The notes below the pieces were generated by a model, which did no database searches, was not told the DNA's origin, and saw nothing but the letters and a program-made list of their open reading frames with translations. A DNA stretch of 64,000 nt from an uncultured Acidobacteriota bacterium (GTDB lineage: Bacteria; Acidobacteriota; Thermoanaerobaculia; Gp7-AA8). Positions 63,385 through 64,000 of this stretch are shown piece by piece. Both the position numbers and the translations under genes were made by a program. The stretch lies in the NCBI GenBank assembly GCA_963822445.1, contig CAWGHO010000002.1, forward strand, positions 320,001-384,000, in the 5' to 3' direction. Position 1 is the first letter of the stretch. Each line of letters starts with the position of its first letter.

Positions 63385-64000
63385 TCAGACCATCGCCGCC
63401 GAGCCGATCTCGGGATGCGCGCGGGCGAATGCGACGAGCCGCGGCGCGTAGTCGCGCAGCCGCGGCGCAACGATGCCCGACCCCGCGAGATCCGCGGTCG
63501 CATGCGACGTGTCGTACTCGGTCGGATGGACGAAGTAGTCGACCGCCGCCGGCGGAATGCGCATCAGCCGATAAACACCGGGAACGTATTGCAACGCGCT
63601 TTGGGCGAGGGCCTTCGTCAGCGGGACGCGAATAACCGTGCGATTCGTGGCCGCGGCGATGGTGTCGATGGTCTCGTCGACGGTGAGCGGATCGGGATCG
63701 GCGAGCGCGTAGGTTTTGCCGAGTGATTGCGGCCGCGCGCCGAGATACTCGATCGCCCGAATGATGAAGTCGCGAGGGACGACGTTGAAGCGATACCGCG
63801 ACGGCCGTCCCACCACCGGCAGCACGGCGATGCGCGGCTGGCGCATCAGCCACTGCATGACAAAGTACGGGCCGTCGAACTTCTGCGTGGCACCGGTGGC
63901 ACTGTCCCCGACCACGACCGAGGGGCGGTAGATCGTGACCGGCAGCCGCGGCATGCGCCGACGCACTTCGATCTCGGCGAGATACTTCGTTTCCTCGTAG
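63385..64000 (-). CDS. Extended SDR / male-sterility-type NAD(P)-dependent reductase, 3' part; runs off window end
   Basis: YEETKYLAE (YxxxK), IYRPSVVVGDSATG, NVVPRD. Confidence 0.85.
   Translation of the reverse strand, partial: YEETKYLAEIEVRRRMPRLPVTIYRPSVVVGDSATGATQKFDGPYFVMQWLMRQPRIAVLPVVGRPSRYRFNVVPRDFIIRAIEYLGARPQSLGKTYALADPDPLTVDETIDTIAAATNRTVIRVPLTKALAQSALQYVPGVYRLMRIPPAAVDYFVHPTEYDTSHATADLAGSGIVAPRLRDYAPRLVAFARAHPEIGSAAMV

Overview
GC-rich bacterial chromosome segment. Gene content and repeat style suggest Acidobacteriota, probably Thermoanaerobaculia-like (inference). Housekeeping and metabolic genes include an RND efflux set, nadE, nnr-tsaE, purL, purF, an hppD-hmgA-(unknown)-fahA tyrosine catabolism operon, an msrB-msrA fusion and an L,D-transpeptidase. 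Signalling genes include a GGDEF-EAL protein, two PilZ proteins, a Ser/Thr kinase, a class III cyclase and an MCP. Accessory elements are mazEF, a REP-flanked RAYT, a membrane-anchored nSTAND1 NTPase with helical repeats, and a ~6.6 kb Rhs island. Best candidate for an undescribed system: a Sec-signal Rhs toxin with a Cys-rich HExxH metallopeptidase tip, coupled to a TIMP-like protein (signal peptide then C-x-C) in the immunity position. An orphan Rhs stub follows, and the island is bracketed by a duplicated 3' end of the mcp gene. Other leads: an uncharacterised enzyme where maiA would be expected, palindromic repeats with compensatory changes, inverted short-tandem-repeat hairpins, and frequent leaderless or bidirectional -10 promoters. 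Several genes carry single-base frameshifts that look like long-read assembly errors. All family calls come from motif recognition by eye; no database search was run.
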